A stretch of DNA of 64,000 nucleotides from Methanobacteriota archaeon (lineage in GTDB: Archaea > Halobacteriota > Bog-38 > Methanoflorentales > Methanoflorentaceae): positions 160,001 to 224,000 of the forward strand of contig CAVRAO010000012.1 of the NCBI GenBank assembly GCA_963719035.1. The letters run 5' to 3'. Positions 63,060 to 64,000 of the stretch are shown piece by piece. Position 1 is the first letter of the stretch. Each line of letters starts with the position of its first letter. The notes under the pieces are model-generated. The model was not told the origin of the DNA, made no database searches, and saw only the letters and a program-made list of their open reading frames with translations. The position numbers and the translations under genes were made by a program.

Positions 63060-63903
63060 ATACGCCAAGCTTCGTCATCAGCTTTTTTCTTAGTAAAAAT
63101 AAAATTTGCGCTGCACGGTAAGCAGTTGCAAAAACGAAAAAACCTTTAAAAAAATAAGATAGAGCGCCATTAGCGGCGAGCGTTTCCCCCAGATTCTCGG
63201 ACAAAACTCGACTTTTCCGGTCAATCCGGCCTCACGCGCAAATCGTAGTAATTCCGGATACTCCAATACGTCTTCAGTTGCATAGGGCCAGTCAGCCTGC
63301 ATGTGTCTGCGCGTCAATGAACGCCAAAACGACAGACAAGCCGGCTCATAAAAAAATATATACACCGCCCACCTTTGTTCAGCACACGCGCCACCTCTTT
63401 CAACGTCTTGCGGTGCTCTTGAAAATGGTGAGCGGCGGCAAAACAAAAAACAACATCAACAGACTCATCGGGCTCTTACGTCTGATAACTACGGCAGGCA
63501 TACGTTGCATCCACCTTCACGTTGAAAATCCTCTCCCATATGCCAATAGACGCAACAGCATCGGGACTGATGTCAGTCACGGTGATGTGCGCCGTCGGAA
63601 ACATTTTTTTAATTAAACACGATGCCCACCCCTGCCCTGCGCCAAGTTCAACGACCCTGCCTGCGTTTTCAAAAATACATTTATAGTGGTTAACACACAC
63701 TCGTACAGGATCGTAATCTCGGAGAATTTATTGACTAGATTCACAACCGTCTCTCTGCCCACGCCTTCAAGCGGAGAGTTCTTCCAGAAATCCAGATCGG
63801 CCTCGTATTTTTTCTCTATGTCGTCATTAAATGTATCTTTCTCAACCGTATGAACCGCCCCGCCATCTCGTGTTTGAAGTTCTCTCTGATACACAAAATC
63901 CAA
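63060..63903 (-). pseudogene. class I SAM methyltransferase, multiply disrupted
   Basis: VELGAGQG, VTDIS, DVVFCFAAAHHF, VARVLNKGG, YEP across different frames; internal TAA at 63476; left end approximate. Confidence 0.8.
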
Positions 63904-64000
63904 CGCTCTTTAAGGATAAATAAACTTCAAAAACGTAGCAAACGCTCGACTAGAAAACTGAGAGCTCATAAATAGAAACGGCTGACGTCCTTATGCCAAG

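Overview
Archaeal chromosomal segment, most likely from a methanogen-related Halobacteriota lineage (aIF-1A, MptA, two geranylgeranyl reductases, Pth2, TruD, FwdC-like protein, GGAGGTGA-type SD sequences, TATA/BRE promoters). It contains an accessory small-gene region (1-9 kb), a phoU-pstSCAB-phoU phosphate operon beside arsC, a class I aldolase/PfkB pair, pyrF-pmbA-tldD, housekeeping genes, a DNA repair block (EndoIII-like, RPA-like, uvrBAC), a GC-rich trehalose phosphatase/GH65 insert, and a largely decayed cell-surface gene region (55-64 kb). The most notable unexplained signal is a ~190-nt non-coding element present twice (22999-23187 and 48601-48794). Each copy has a conserved promoter followed by a covarying stem-loop exposing an anti-SD-like CCU(A/G)CCUC loop, which suggests an undescribed archaeal sRNA family. 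Also notable: a paralogous pair of small FILPNESxxWD proteins, a CTATATAG motif shared by their upstream regions and pstS, and a probable CUG start for aIF-1A. No rRNA, tRNA, CRISPR array or transposase was recognised. All calls come from reading motifs by eye; no database searches were run.
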